This document shows, piece after piece, positions 40,885 through 50,545 of a DNA stretch of 64,000 nt. How positions within the stretch are numbered: the first letter of the stretch is position 1; every line of letters starts with the position of its first letter. The translations under genes were made by a program, and so were the position numbers. Origin of the DNA: Candidatus Lustribacter sp. (GTDB lineage: Bacteria > Vulcanimicrobiota > Vulcanimicrobiia > Vulcanimicrobiales > Vulcanimicrobiaceae); NCBI GenBank assembly GCA_965277805.1, contig OZ255842.1, positions 4,928,001 to 4,992,000 on the forward strand, in the 5' to 3' direction. Under the pieces are notes generated by a model. It worked only from the letters and a program-made list of their open reading frames with translations, made no database searches and was not told where the DNA came from.

Positions 40885-42882
40885 ATGACGGGAAAGCGCC
40901 ACAGCGTGCGCCGGTTTTTGCTTGCGGTCGTCCTCTTCGTCGCCGCCGCGCGTGCGAGCGATGCGGAACCGGCCTTGGTGCCGAAGCCGCTACAGCAGAC
41001 CGTGCTTGCCTGCCGCGCGCCGCTTGCGCTTTCCCGGCCGCTGACGTTTCCGGCCGGTGTCGATCCGGGCGGCTTCGCGATCGTCCGCGAACGCTGGACG
41101 GCGCTGGGAATGCCGGCGCCGGTCATCGCGAAGCGTGCGGCGCCGGCGGTCGTGACGGACGGTTCCCAACACGGCGCGACGATGTACGATCTCCAGGTGA
41201 CCGCCGCCGGCGTCCGCATCCGGTCCACGCCGGATGAGGGTGCGTTTGACGCGCTCGCGACGCTGGCGCAACTGCCGGAGCGTGACGCGCGCGGCTGGCA
41301 CATCGCCTGCACGCAGATCCATGACGCGCCCGCATTGCGCTGGCGCATCGTTTCCGACGACATCTCGCGCGGGCCGTTCCCGACGATGGCCTACTTCAAA
41401 ACGCGCATCCGCACGCTGGCCGGGCTGAAGATCAACGGCTATTCGCCGTACATGGAATCGGTGTTCGACGACCCGGCGCATCCGTACGTTGCGTTTCCCG
41501 AGCGCCTCACCGCGGCCGAACTGCACGAACTCGCGACCTACGCCCGGACGTTTCACGTCGCGCTGATCCCCGAGCAGCAGACGTTCGCACACATGCACGA
41601 GACGCTGAAGTGGGAGGCGCTCGCGCCGCTTGCGGAGCTCCCGCACGGTTATCTGATGGCGGAATCGGATCCGCGCACGTATACCTATCTCGCACCGCTG
41701 GTGCGCGCCGAACTCGCGGCGACCGGCCCCACGCCGTTCTTTCATATCGGCGCCGACGAACCGCTCGATCTCGGCCGCGGCCGCACGCCGCGCTCGCCGC
41801 AAGTGTTTGCCGCCCACGTCAATCGTGTCGCAGCGATGGTGACCGGAACGGTGCGACCGATGATCTGGGACGACGCGGTCCAAGCCGATCCCTCGATCCT
41901 CGGCCTGCTCGCGAAGCGGACCGTCATCGTCACCTTCCACTACGGCGCCGAACCCTCGTTTGCGAAATACATCGCGACGATCGACCGCGCCGGCTTCGAT
42001 CAGCTCGTCTCGCCCGGCGCCAATAATTGGAACGAGATCTATGCCGATCTCGACACGGCGTATGCCAACGAAGCGCAGTTTCTCGCCGATGCCAAAGCGG
42101 CGCACAGCCCGCACGTCCTCGGCATGTTCGAGACCGTCTGGCACGACGACGGCGAATCGCTTTATGAAGCGACGTGGGCGCCGGTGGCGTTCGCGGCGGC
42201 GTCGGCCTGGCAAGTTGCGCCGGTCGATCGCGCGACTTGGCACCGTACGTTCGCGCAAATGTTCTTCGGCGGCGATGCGGATGAATTCGCGGCCGATCTC
42301 GACAACCTCGCCGCGATTCGCGCTACGCTGGTGATGAAGCCGGAAACCGATCCGCCAGACTATTCGTTCTGGTCGGACCCGTTCGATCCGCGTATCCAGG
42401 CGCGTATGCAGACCCTCGACTTAGCCGGGATGCGCCTGCGCGCCGAACGTATTCTCACGCACCTGATGGGCGCCCATCCGCCGCTGAACGCGCACGCCGC
42501 GGCCGTGATGCGCCTGGCGGCATTGCGCTACGACACGCTTGCGCGCCGCTATCAGATCGGCAAAGAGGCCCGCGACTACTATGACGATGCGCGCGCGCAC
42601 GCGCCGGCGCACGACGACGGCATCGTGTACCGCAGCCTCAACGTCGCAAAATACCTGTGCTGGGAGCTGCGCGATGAGATGACGGCGCTCGCGCCGCTCT
42701 ACGCGTCCGCGTGGAACTACGAGAGCCGGCCGGCCGGACGCGATCGCGTCATGGTGCGTTACACGGCGGCGGCCGAGAAAGCCGTCGCACAGGCCGACCG
42801 TTTGTATGCCGCCGCGCGCGAGGATTATCTGCGCGGTGGAACGCTGCCCTCGTTCGACGACGCGCTCGGCCCCACGCGATGA
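40885..42882 (+). CDS. Secreted GH20 beta-N-acetylhexosaminidase
   Basis: Signal peptide, DAPALRWR, DDISRG, catalytic FHIGADE, MIWDD. Confidence 0.88.
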   Translation: MTGKRHSVRRFLLAVVLFVAAARASDAEPALVPKPLQQTVLACRAPLALSRPLTFPAGVDPGGFAIVRERWTALGMPAPVIAKRAAPAVVTDGSQHGATMYDLQVTAAGVRIRSTPDEGAFDALATLAQLPERDARGWHIACTQIHDAPALRWRIVSDDISRGPFPTMAYFKTRIRTLAGLKINGYSPYMESVFDDPAHPYVAFPERLTAAELHELATYARTFHVALIPEQQTFAHMHETLKWEALAPLAELPHGYLMAESDPRTYTYLAPLVRAELAATGPTPFFHIGADEPLDLGRGRTPRSPQVFAAHVNRVAAMVTGTVRPMIWDDAVQADPSILGLLAKRTVIVTFHYGAEPSFAKYIATIDRAGFDQLVSPGANNWNEIYADLDTAYANEAQFLADAKAAHSPHVLGMFETVWHDDGESLYEATWAPVAFAAASAWQVAPVDRATWHRTFAQMFFGGDADEFAADLDNLAAIRATLVMKPETDPPDYSFWSDPFDPRIQARMQTLDLAGMRLRAERILTHLMGAHPPLNAHAAAVMRLAALRYDTLARRYQIGKEARDYYDDARAHAPAHDDGIVYRSLNVAKYLCWELRDEMTALAPLYASAWNYESRPAGRDRVMVRYTAAAEKAVAQADRLYAAAREDYLRGGTLPSFDDALGPTR

Positions 42883-44837
42883 GCGGCATCGCGATCGTCC
42901 TCGTCTTCCTGCTGCTCGCGGGCTTGATGGTGGCGCGCAAGCTGCCGGCGCTCTTGGCGGTGCCGCTGATGGCGATCGCGATGGCAGCCCTCGCGGGTAA
43001 CGCGCCCACCGCGATCGCCGATGTTATCGTGCGCGGTGCCGTGCAGCTCGCGCCGGTCTATGCGACCGTGATCTTCGGCGCGCTGCTGAGCCGCGTCGTG
43101 CTCGCCACCGGCATCGCCGAAACGATCGTCACCTATGCGGCGGAATTCGGCGGCGACCAGCCGCTCGTGCTCGCGCTGCTCTTGTGCGCGGCGGTCGCGC
43201 TGTTATTCACCTCGGTGACGGGCCTCGGCGCGATCATCATGATCGGAACGATCGTGCTGCCCGTGATGATGACGGTCGGCGTGCCGCGCGTCACGGCGGC
43301 GACGCTGTTTCTGCTCGCATTCGGCCTCGGCTATATTCTCAACATCGCGCAGTGGACGTTCTACCGCCAGACGTTCGGTGTCGATCAGTCGCAGCTGCAG
43401 AACTACATCTTCGCGCTCTTCGCGATCGACGCGCTCGTGCTGATCCTCTTCGCGATCGTGCGCGGCCGCAGCACGCGCGACTACGCCACGTTCGCCGTCG
43501 CGGGAACGCCGCCGCGCAAACGGGTCGCGCCGTGGGCGCTGCTCACGCCGGTGCTGCCGCTCGTGCTCTACGCCGGTTTCCACGTCGATGCGCTGGTGGC
43601 GTTTCTGATCGCGGCCCTCTACGGCGTGCTCGCGACGCGGCCGCGCGAGATCGCGGCCACCTTGAGCGCGGCGTGGATTCGCGGTGTCGAAGACGTTGCG
43701 CCGGCGGTCATCTTGATGATGGGCATCGGCATGCTGCTGGTCGCCGTTAAGACGCCGGCCGTGCAGGATGCGGTGACGCCGGTCATCGCTGCGCTCGCGC
43801 CGCGCACGCCGCTCGCCTACATCATTGCGTTCGGTTTGCTCAGCCCGCTCGCGCTCTATCGTGGCCCGCTCAACCCGTTCGGCGTCGGCATCGGCGTCTA
43901 CACCGTGCTGGCCGCGCTGCACGTTTTGCCGCCGGTGGCGCTGGTGGCGGCGGTTATGGCGGTCGTGCAAGTGCAGAACGTCTGCGACCCGACGAACACG
44001 CAGAACGTCTGGGTGGCCAACTTCACCGGCGTTGCGGTCGAGCGCATCACGCGCCTCGTGCTGCCGTATCAAGTCAGCGTGGCGACGCTGGGCGTCGCGA
44101 GCGTCGTCGTCTTCGGCCGCGCACTCCTCGGCGTCGCGCCGTTTGCGACGGCGGCGGCGGCAGCGGCGGGCTTGCCGAGTATCGGTGCGCCGGCGGCGAA
44201 CGACGGCGTGATCGCCGTGGTCGCGGGGTCGCCGGCGGCAAGCGCGGCTGCGAGCGGAGTGACGGCGGCCATCGCACGCGGCTGGAAACCGCTGCGCGCG
44301 TTACCGGAGCCGGCCGTCGATACGCAGCACGATTGTGCGTCGCTCCCATACGCGAGCATCATGCGCGTGTCGGTGACCACCGGCGCCGCGACGCAAGACA
44401 TCGGGCTCGAACTGTTCGATTGCGCGGGCTGGAGTGTCGATCAATGGCACGCGCAAGGGAGCGATACGCGCGTTGCCGCGCTCGGCGATCTCGACCGCGT
44501 GCGCGTGTGGATGCACGAACATCCGCAACTGGCCGCTAACGTGCTCGGACGCGGCATCGCGTTCGACCCGGCGACCGGCCGTCCGACGTACTTCTTCACG
44601 CTTTACAAAACGAACGACGGCATCATGCGCGCGCTCGTGCGCACCGGCGGTCCCGCGTGGACGGCCGGCTTACGCACCGGCGACGTCGTCGACAAAGTCG
44701 ACGGAAAATTCTGGTGGGAGTACGGCACGTATCAAACGCAGTTGCGCGCGTACGACGGCCGCCCGCACACGTTCGAAGTAACGCGCGGCGCTCAGCACGG
44801 CATCCGCGTCGCGCTAGGAGAACCGTTTACGGGTTAG
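42879..44837 (+). CDS. GntP/citrate-transporter-like permease with C-terminal soluble and PDZ-like domain
   Basis: About 12 TM (LYRGPLNPFG, CDPTNTQNVW), then GGPAWTAGLRTGDVVDKVDG. ATGA-coupled to GH20. Confidence 0.78.
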   Translation: MSGIAIVLVFLLLAGLMVARKLPALLAVPLMAIAMAALAGNAPTAIADVIVRGAVQLAPVYATVIFGALLSRVVLATGIAETIVTYAAEFGGDQPLVLALLLCAAVALLFTSVTGLGAIIMIGTIVLPVMMTVGVPRVTAATLFLLAFGLGYILNIAQWTFYRQTFGVDQSQLQNYIFALFAIDALVLILFAIVRGRSTRDYATFAVAGTPPRKRVAPWALLTPVLPLVLYAGFHVDALVAFLIAALYGVLATRPREIAATLSAAWIRGVEDVAPAVILMMGIGMLLVAVKTPAVQDAVTPVIAALAPRTPLAYIIAFGLLSPLALYRGPLNPFGVGIGVYTVLAALHVLPPVALVAAVMAVVQVQNVCDPTNTQNVWVANFTGVAVERITRLVLPYQVSVATLGVASVVVFGRALLGVAPFATAAAAAAGLPSIGAPAANDGVIAVVAGSPAASAAASGVTAAIARGWKPLRALPEPAVDTQHDCASLPYASIMRVSVTTGAATQDIGLELFDCAGWSVDQWHAQGSDTRVAALGDLDRVRVWMHEHPQLAANVLGRGIAFDPATGRPTYFFTLYKTNDGIMRALVRTGGPAWTAGLRTGDVVDKVDGKFWWEYGTYQTQLRAYDGRPHTFEVTRGAQHGIRVALGEPFTG

Positions 44838-45772
44838 GACGCGATGTTCAGGAAGACGGTTGGAATTTCGGGCCGCTGGAACGACGGCGGCGGGAAGGTA
44901 CCGACGCCGGCAAACGTTTGTCCCTGAATCTCGCCGGTTAGCTTCTGTTGCGCCGGTTCGAGTTGCGCTACCGCAGCTTCGTTGTCGGCCGCGCGCGCGG
45001 CGGCGATGCGGAAATCCACCGCTTGCAGTTGCTGTTGTGCGGCGGCCTGCGCTGCGGCTTGGGCGTCGGCCGCCTCGGCGGCGGCTTGCGACGCTTGTGC
45101 TTCCTGCTTCTCGGCTTGAATGACGATCGGGTTCGTCGCCGGCGCGCCGAGCAATCCGAGTGCCGGATTATTTTCCACGGCGGTGCCGCCCGGAATCGGC
45201 GGCGGACCGCCGGCTCCCAATAAGCCGGTGGGCGGCGGCGGTTGCTGGTTGCTGCCGCTGGTATTTTGGCTCGTGTCGCTCTGCGTCGCGTCGGTCTTCG
45301 CGAGGGTGTCGCTCTCGTTCGCGACCTTCTGATCGGTGGCGTCGGATTTCGATAACGTCGGCGGCGGCTGCGAGGTCGTAGTGGTGGGTGCAGCATCGCC
45401 CGAATTCGTGCCAGCGGCGGGTGGTTGTGTTTGCGCCGCGCCGGTGGTTGCCGCTGCAGCGGCGCCTTTGACCGCGGCGGCTTCATCGCCCGCGCCTGGA
45501 TCCGCGGGCGGTGCCGGCGTCGGCGGCGGTGCTGCCACGATCGAGAGCCGGCCGTTCACCACGCCGGGCGTGCCGTAGGTTGAACCGTTGGTTCCGAAGC
45601 CTGCATACGACGACGGGAACGCGGTGAAGTTTTTCGCCTCGGGCGGTGGGCTTGGGGGCGGCGGCGGGGGCGCAGGCGCGGGCGTGGTTGCGCCGGGCAC
45701 GGCAGCGCCGGCGCCAGTGAGCTGCCGCGTGGTGGTCGCCGGCGAAGCGCCGAGCGGAGCGAGCCCAGCCAT
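44834..45772 (-). CDS. Low-complexity Pro/Ala/Thr/Gln-rich protein
   Basis: 312 aa ORF; TATGAT 6 nt upstream of the ATG. Confidence 0.6.
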   Translation of the reverse strand: MAGLAPLGASPATTTRQLTGAGAAVPGATTPAPAPPPPPPSPPPEAKNFTAFPSSYAGFGTNGSTYGTPGVVNGRLSIVAAPPPTPAPPADPGAGDEAAAVKGAAAAATTGAAQTQPPAAGTNSGDAAPTTTTSQPPPTLSKSDATDQKVANESDTLAKTDATQSDTSQNTSGSNQQPPPPTGLLGAGGPPPIPGGTAVENNPALGLLGAPATNPIVIQAEKQEAQASQAAAEAADAQAAAQAAAQQQLQAVDFRIAAARAADNEAAVAQLEPAQQKLTGEIQGQTFAGVGTFPPPSFQRPEIPTVFLNIAS

Positions 45773-45837
45773 GCTTCTATCATACCCGGATCAAGCGCTC
45801 CCTTGAAGCGCTCCGGCCGGGAATTTTCAAAAAATGC

Positions 45838-45890
45838 TTGACGGACATCGTCGGGAGAGCTATTGTACTAATACAACAGTACGACAGTAC
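45838..45890 (+). promoter_or_regulatory. Sigma70 promoter overlapped by a YtrA-type operator
   Basis: TTGACG-17nt-TATTGT; GTACT-N8-AGTAC palindrome at 45865-45882 plus an extra CAGTAC. Confidence 0.75.
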
Positions 45891-45917
45891 GTTGGTTGAT
45901 TAGCAAAGGAGCCCACG

Positions 45918-46064
45918 ATGACCAACCTGAGCCGTCCTAGCCACCCGAGCCGTCCCTTGAACTCGATCGTCCCGGCGCTGCTCGAGAGCGACCGTCGCCC
46001 GACCCTCATCCGTCCCGCCGGCGACCGCGGCACGATCTTCAGCGGCTGGGGCCCGAAGCTCTAA
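45918..46064 (+). CDS. 48-aa small protein, not in the ORF track
   Basis: AAAGGAG RBS; MTNLSRPSHPSRPLNSIVPALLESDRRPTLIRPAGDRGTIFSGWGPKL; stop 1 nt before the gntR TTG. Confidence 0.65.
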   Translation: MTNLSRPSHPSRPLNSIVPALLESDRRPTLIRPAGDRGTIFSGWGPKL

Positions 46065-46065
46065 C

Positions 46066-46470
46066 TTGCCCCCCACGATTTTCACGGTCGATCCGCGGAG
46101 CGGTGTCCCGCTCTACCTGCAGCTGACCGAACAGATCAAGCGCGCGATCGCGCTCGGCACGCTCGCCCCCGGCGAGCAGTTGCCGACGGTGAAAGCGCTG
46201 GCGCTCGAACTGACCGTCAATCCGAATACCGTGGCACGCGTGTATCGCGAGCTCGAGCGGGACGGCGTGATCGATACGAGCCCCGGCCGCGGATCGTTCG
46301 TCAGCGCGGGCAAAGCCGGCGCGGAAGCGCGCCGCGCGGTCGCCGACGTGGCGCGCGCTGCGTTCGAAGGTGCCGTGCGCGAAGCGAAGTCGCTCGGACT
46401 TACGCGTGAAGAAACACACGAACTCATGACGCGCACGATCGCGCGCTGGTACGAAACGGAGAACGAATGA
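46066..46470 (+). CDS. GntR family (YtrA subfamily) regulator
   Basis: PLYLQL...LPTVKALALELTVNPNTVARVYRELE; short C-terminus. Confidence 0.93.
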   Translation: MPPTIFTVDPRSGVPLYLQLTEQIKRAIALGTLAPGEQLPTVKALALELTVNPNTVARVYRELERDGVIDTSPGRGSFVSAGKAGAEARRAVADVARAAFEGAVREAKSLGLTREETHELMTRTIARWYETENE

Positions 46471-47354
46471 CTGCGCCGCTGATTGCCCTGAACGGTTTGA
46501 CGAAGCGCTACGGCAGCTTCACGGCGGTCGACGACGTCACGCTCGAGGTCCCCGAGGGTTCGATCTGCGGTTTGCTCGGGCCGAACGGCGCGGGTAAGAC
46601 GACGACGTTCAAGTGCATGCTCGCGTTCGTGAAGCCGAGTGCCGGAACGATTCTGATCGAGGGCGCGCCGGTGACGCCGGCGACGTTTGAAACGATGGCC
46701 TACGTGCCGGAGCGCGCGTCGCTCTACGATAACCTCACGATCGGCGATCACCTCGCGCTCTACCGGCGTTCGTACAAACGCTTCGACGCGGCCCGCGCGA
46801 ACGAGTTGCTCGCGCTCTTCAGCTTGGAAGCGAAGCAGAAAGCGCAGCGCCTTTCCAAGGGAATGCGCACCGCCGTCGCGCTCGTGCTGGCGTTTTCGAT
46901 CCGGCCGCGCGTTTTGATTCTCGACGAACCTTCGAGCGGGCTCGATCCGATCCACCAGCGTCACGTGCTCGATTTGATGATTGAAGCGGCCGCGAACGGT
47001 GCGGCGGTACTGTTCTCCTCGCATCAAGTCGGACAAGTCGAACGGGCCGCCGATTCGGTCGCGATCATGAAGCGCGGCAAGCTGATCGTGAACAGCGTGA
47101 TCGACGACTTGAAGAGCGGCGAGAAGATCATTGAAGCGGTGTTTGCCGGACCGGTGCCCGATCTCGGCGACCTCGCCGGCGATCCGCGCATCTTGCGTAC
47201 GGAACAAGCCGGTTCGCTGCTGCGCGTCGTCACGCGCGACGACAATGACGCGATCGCGCAGCGCGTCTTCGCCCTCCATCCCAAGAGCATTCGCACCATC
47301 GACCTCAACCTCGAGGAGATCTTCATGAACGCCGTCAGCGGAGACCAGCACTAA
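46467..47354 (+). CDS. ABC transporter ATP-binding protein
   Basis: GPNGAGKT, LSKGM, LDEP, SSH. Confidence 0.94.
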   Translation: MTAPLIALNGLTKRYGSFTAVDDVTLEVPEGSICGLLGPNGAGKTTTFKCMLAFVKPSAGTILIEGAPVTPATFETMAYVPERASLYDNLTIGDHLALYRRSYKRFDAARANELLALFSLEAKQKAQRLSKGMRTAVALVLAFSIRPRVLILDEPSSGLDPIHQRHVLDLMIEAAANGAAVLFSSHQVGQVERAADSVAIMKRGKLIVNSVIDDLKSGEKIIEAVFAGPVPDLGDLAGDPRILRTEQAGSLLRVVTRDDNDAIAQRVFALHPKSIRTIDLNLEEIFMNAVSGDQH

Positions 47355-48073
47355 TGGAATACGTCGAACTGCTGCGCGTCCGCCGCTCGCTCATCTGGAA
47401 CGCCGGTATCTTGGCCGTCGTCGTTCTCGGCATCCTCGCCCTCGGTAACCATTCGACGATTAACGTCAACGGCGGCACCACCAGTCTCGCGGCAGGCGCC
47501 GCGCTGCCGGCCGGCGTGCTTGCAACGATCGGAGCGTTCCTCGCGGCGATCTACGCATCGTCGATCGGCACATCGCTCAACCGCGAGAGTTCGACCCGCG
47601 ACATCTCGTGGACGAAGCCGGTATCGCGCACGATGCTCGCGATCCGCTTCATCTGCATCGACCTGGCCGGGGTCGTCATCGCCTACGCGGTCGCGCTCAT
47701 CCTCGTTTATCTTACGCTGTCGTATTTGCACATCTCGATTACAGACGACGGTCACGGCACCGCCGAGTACGTTCTTGGGTGCGGCGTAGGTCTGATGTGG
47801 TATGGACTGCTGCAATTGGTGACGTGCGGCTTCGGCCCCGGCGGGCGCTCCATGTCCGGCATCCTATGGCCGATCGCACTGCTCTGCCAAGGGCTGGCAC
47901 ATCTCGGCGGACCGGCCGGCCAAGTCATCCGCGCGATCGACCTCTTCAATCCGCTCTCGTACATGGACAACATCACGCACGGGGGAGCCGAAACGGCAGC
48001 CGTCACCGTCTGGCTGTTTGCGCTCGTATACTGCGTTCTCGCGGTCGTCATCTGGCCGCGGCGGGAGGCGTAA
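47354..48073 (+). CDS. ABC-2 type permease
   Basis: About 6 TM; coupled to the ATPase. Confidence 0.78.
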   Translation: MEYVELLRVRRSLIWNAGILAVVVLGILALGNHSTINVNGGTTSLAAGAALPAGVLATIGAFLAAIYASSIGTSLNRESSTRDISWTKPVSRTMLAIRFICIDLAGVVIAYAVALILVYLTLSYLHISITDDGHGTAEYVLGCGVGLMWYGLLQLVTCGFGPGGRSMSGILWPIALLCQGLAHLGGPAGQVIRAIDLFNPLSYMDNITHGGAETAAVTVWLFALVYCVLAVVIWPRREA

Positions 48074-48077
48074 ACTG

Positions 48078-48257
48078 ATGGAATTCATCGGCTCCGGTTT
48101 CGTGCTCACGATCGGCAGCATGCGGCTGCGCGTGCGCATCGCGCTCGAAGAGACGCCGCACGAATGCGCTGCGCACGGGAAGGCACCGGCGTTCGCCCGC
48201 GAAGAGCGGGATGATGACCGCCCCGCCCGACGCTCGTATCGCATTCATCCGCGCTAA
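48078..48257 (+). CDS. Possible small hypothetical protein
   Basis: GGAGG upstream; MEFIGSGFVLTIG...; overlaps the next gene. Confidence 0.4.
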   Translation: MEFIGSGFVLTIGSMRLRVRIALEETPHECAAHGKAPAFAREERDDDRPARRSYRIHPR

Positions 48258-49599
48258 CCGCGATCGCTATCTCAGCGAACTGACGGCCTGGATCGCGAAC
48301 CCGTCGATCTCGGCCGATCCGGCGTACGACGCAAACGTACGCGCGTCGGCCGAAACCGCCGCCGCCCGCATGCGCGCCGCCGGCCTCACCGGCGACGTGC
48401 TCGAGACCGCGGGGCATCCGGTCGCCTACGGTGAGTGGCTCGGGGCACCGGGCGCGCCGACGATCCTGATCTACGGCCATCACGACGTGCAGCCCGCCGA
48501 TCCGCTCGAGCTCTGGACGTCGCCGCCGTTCGAAGCGGCCGTGCGCGACGGCAAGATCTACGGCCGCGGTTCGGTCGACGACAAAGGCCAGGTGCTGATG
48601 CATCTGGCCGCGATCGAAGCGCATCTGCGCGTGAACGGCAAACTGCCGCTCAACGTCAAGGTCATCGTCGAAGGCGAAGAAGAGATCGGTTCGCCGAACT
48701 TCGAGGCGTTTCTCGCGCGCGAATCCGCGCGGCTGGCGTGCGACGTCGTCGTTGTTTCCGACACGGCGGTGTTCGCCGAAGACGTGCCGTCCTTGACGGT
48801 GTCGCTGCGTGGCTTGGTGCACTGGGAAGTCACCGTGCATGGCCCGGCAAGCGATTTGCACTCGGGCTACTATGGCGGCGTCGTGCGCAATCCGCTCGAA
48901 GCGCTGGCCCAAATGCTCGCCTCGCTCAAAGACGGTGAAGGCCGCGTTGCGGTGCCCGGCTTTTACGACGGCGTGCGCGCGTTGACGGCCGCCGAACATG
49001 CCGAGTATGCGAACCTGCCGTTCGATGCTGCGCGCGAAGCCGCAGCGCTCGGCGTTTCCGCGCTCGCGGGCGAAGCGGGCTATACGCCGCTCGAGCGGAT
49101 GTGGCGCCGGCCGACGCTCGAGCTCAACGGAATGTACGGCGGCTATCAAGGCCCCGGCGGAAAGACGATCGTGCCGTCGTTCGCGCGGGCCAAGATTTCG
49201 GCGCGGCTCGTGCCGGCGCAGGATCCGGCGCACGTGAAGCAGGCCGTAAGCGAACATCTCCAGCGCGTCGCACCGAACGGCGTGCGCGTGGAGGTCGAGG
49301 CGCACGGTGACGTGCGCGCGGTCGAAACGTCACGCGATCACCCGGCCGTGCTGGCCGCTGCACGCGCGATGGAACGCGGCTTCGGCAAGCCGCCGGTTTT
49401 TATCGGTACGGGCGGCACGATCGGACCGGTTTCATCCTTCGATCGCATCCTTGGTTTGCCCCAAGTACTAATCGGCGTCGGTCTCCCCGACGATGCGATT
49501 CACGCACCGAACGAGAAGTTCGACCTCGGACAATTTTACGGAGGTATCGAAACGATGGCATACCTCTACGACGAATTAGCAGCGGAGCTTCACCCTTGA
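48211..49599 (+). CDS. M20 family dipeptidase
   Basis: YGHHDVQP, GRGSVDDKGQ, EGEEEIGS, HAPNEK. Confidence 0.93.
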   Translation: MMTAPPDARIAFIRANRDRYLSELTAWIANPSISADPAYDANVRASAETAAARMRAAGLTGDVLETAGHPVAYGEWLGAPGAPTILIYGHHDVQPADPLELWTSPPFEAAVRDGKIYGRGSVDDKGQVLMHLAAIEAHLRVNGKLPLNVKVIVEGEEEIGSPNFEAFLARESARLACDVVVVSDTAVFAEDVPSLTVSLRGLVHWEVTVHGPASDLHSGYYGGVVRNPLEALAQMLASLKDGEGRVAVPGFYDGVRALTAAEHAEYANLPFDAAREAAALGVSALAGEAGYTPLERMWRRPTLELNGMYGGYQGPGGKTIVPSFARAKISARLVPAQDPAHVKQAVSEHLQRVAPNGVRVEVEAHGDVRAVETSRDHPAVLAAARAMERGFGKPPVFIGTGGTIGPVSSFDRILGLPQVLIGVGLPDDAIHAPNEKFDLGQFYGGIETMAYLYDELAAELHP

Positions 49600-50327
49600 G
49601 TTTTACCGAACGTTTCAGCGACCTTGCCGGCGCGTATGTGGCGGCGCGGCCGTCGTATCCCGTCGAGTCGGTCGACATCCTCCTCGACGGACTCGGAGAT
49701 CCGGCCTCGCTCGCCGTCGCCGACATCGGTGCCGGCACCGGCATCTCGGCCCGTGTCATTGCGGCTCGCGGACCGCTCGTGTACGCGATCGAGCCCAACG
49801 CCAAGATGCGTGAAGCCGCTGCGGCCGATCCGCGCGTGAAATGGATCAACGGCACCGCCGAAGCGACGACGCTACCGGATGCTTCGGTCAACGTCATCGC
49901 GGCTTTCCAAGCCTGGCACTGGGTCGAACATCCGGCCGGCGTCGCCGAAGCGCGGCGCATCCTGCGTCCGCACGGCCGTCTCGCCGCAATCTATAACGAA
50001 CGCGATGAGCGCGATGAGTTCACGGCCGGCTACGGCGAGATCATCATGAAGTATGCGACCGACGCGACCGAGCAGCGCCGGGCCGATGCGCTCGCGGCCT
50101 TCACCACGATCGATCCCGCGCGCACGCAGCGCTTCGAGTACGTAAACATCCACCACCTCGACCGCGCCGGCTTGCACAAGCGTGCCGAGAGTTCGTCGTA
50201 TCTTCCACAGACGGGTGAAGACGCCGAGGCGATGCACGCCGAGATCGATGATCTCTTCACCGAGTACGAAAAGAACGACAACGTGGACATGCACTTAGTC
50301 ACGCTGGTGGTGCGCGTCGACACCTAG
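49596..50327 (+). CDS. Class I SAM-dependent methyltransferase
   Basis: RPSYP, DIGAGTG, QAWHW. Confidence 0.9.
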   Translation: MSFTERFSDLAGAYVAARPSYPVESVDILLDGLGDPASLAVADIGAGTGISARVIAARGPLVYAIEPNAKMREAAAADPRVKWINGTAEATTLPDASVNVIAAFQAWHWVEHPAGVAEARRILRPHGRLAAIYNERDERDEFTAGYGEIIMKYATDATEQRRADALAAFTTIDPARTQRFEYVNIHHLDRAGLHKRAESSSYLPQTGEDAEAMHAEIDDLFTEYEKNDNVDMHLVTLVVRVDT

Positions 50328-50406
50328 AACCGCCTCAGCCGACGGCCGTAAGAAAAGTAAACGCCTCGCGCCTTCGCGCTCGGCTTCTCGAGCCGTGTTC
50401 TTGCGC

Positions 50407-50540
50407 TGTCATTCCGAGCGGAGCGCCGTCGGGCGCGCAGTCGAGGAACCAGCCGTAACCGCGGCGATCAGCGGGGCAACTCCACTCACCGTGCGCGGCG
50501 ACGGCGATTGCGGCGGTCCCTCGACAAGCTCGGGGTGACA
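50407..50540. repeat. REP/MITE-like inverted-repeat element
   Basis: TGTCATTCCGAGC...GTCGAGGAACC left arm pairs with GGTCCCTCGACAAGCTCGGGGTGACA right arm. Confidence 0.72.
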
Positions 50541-50545
50541 GGGGG

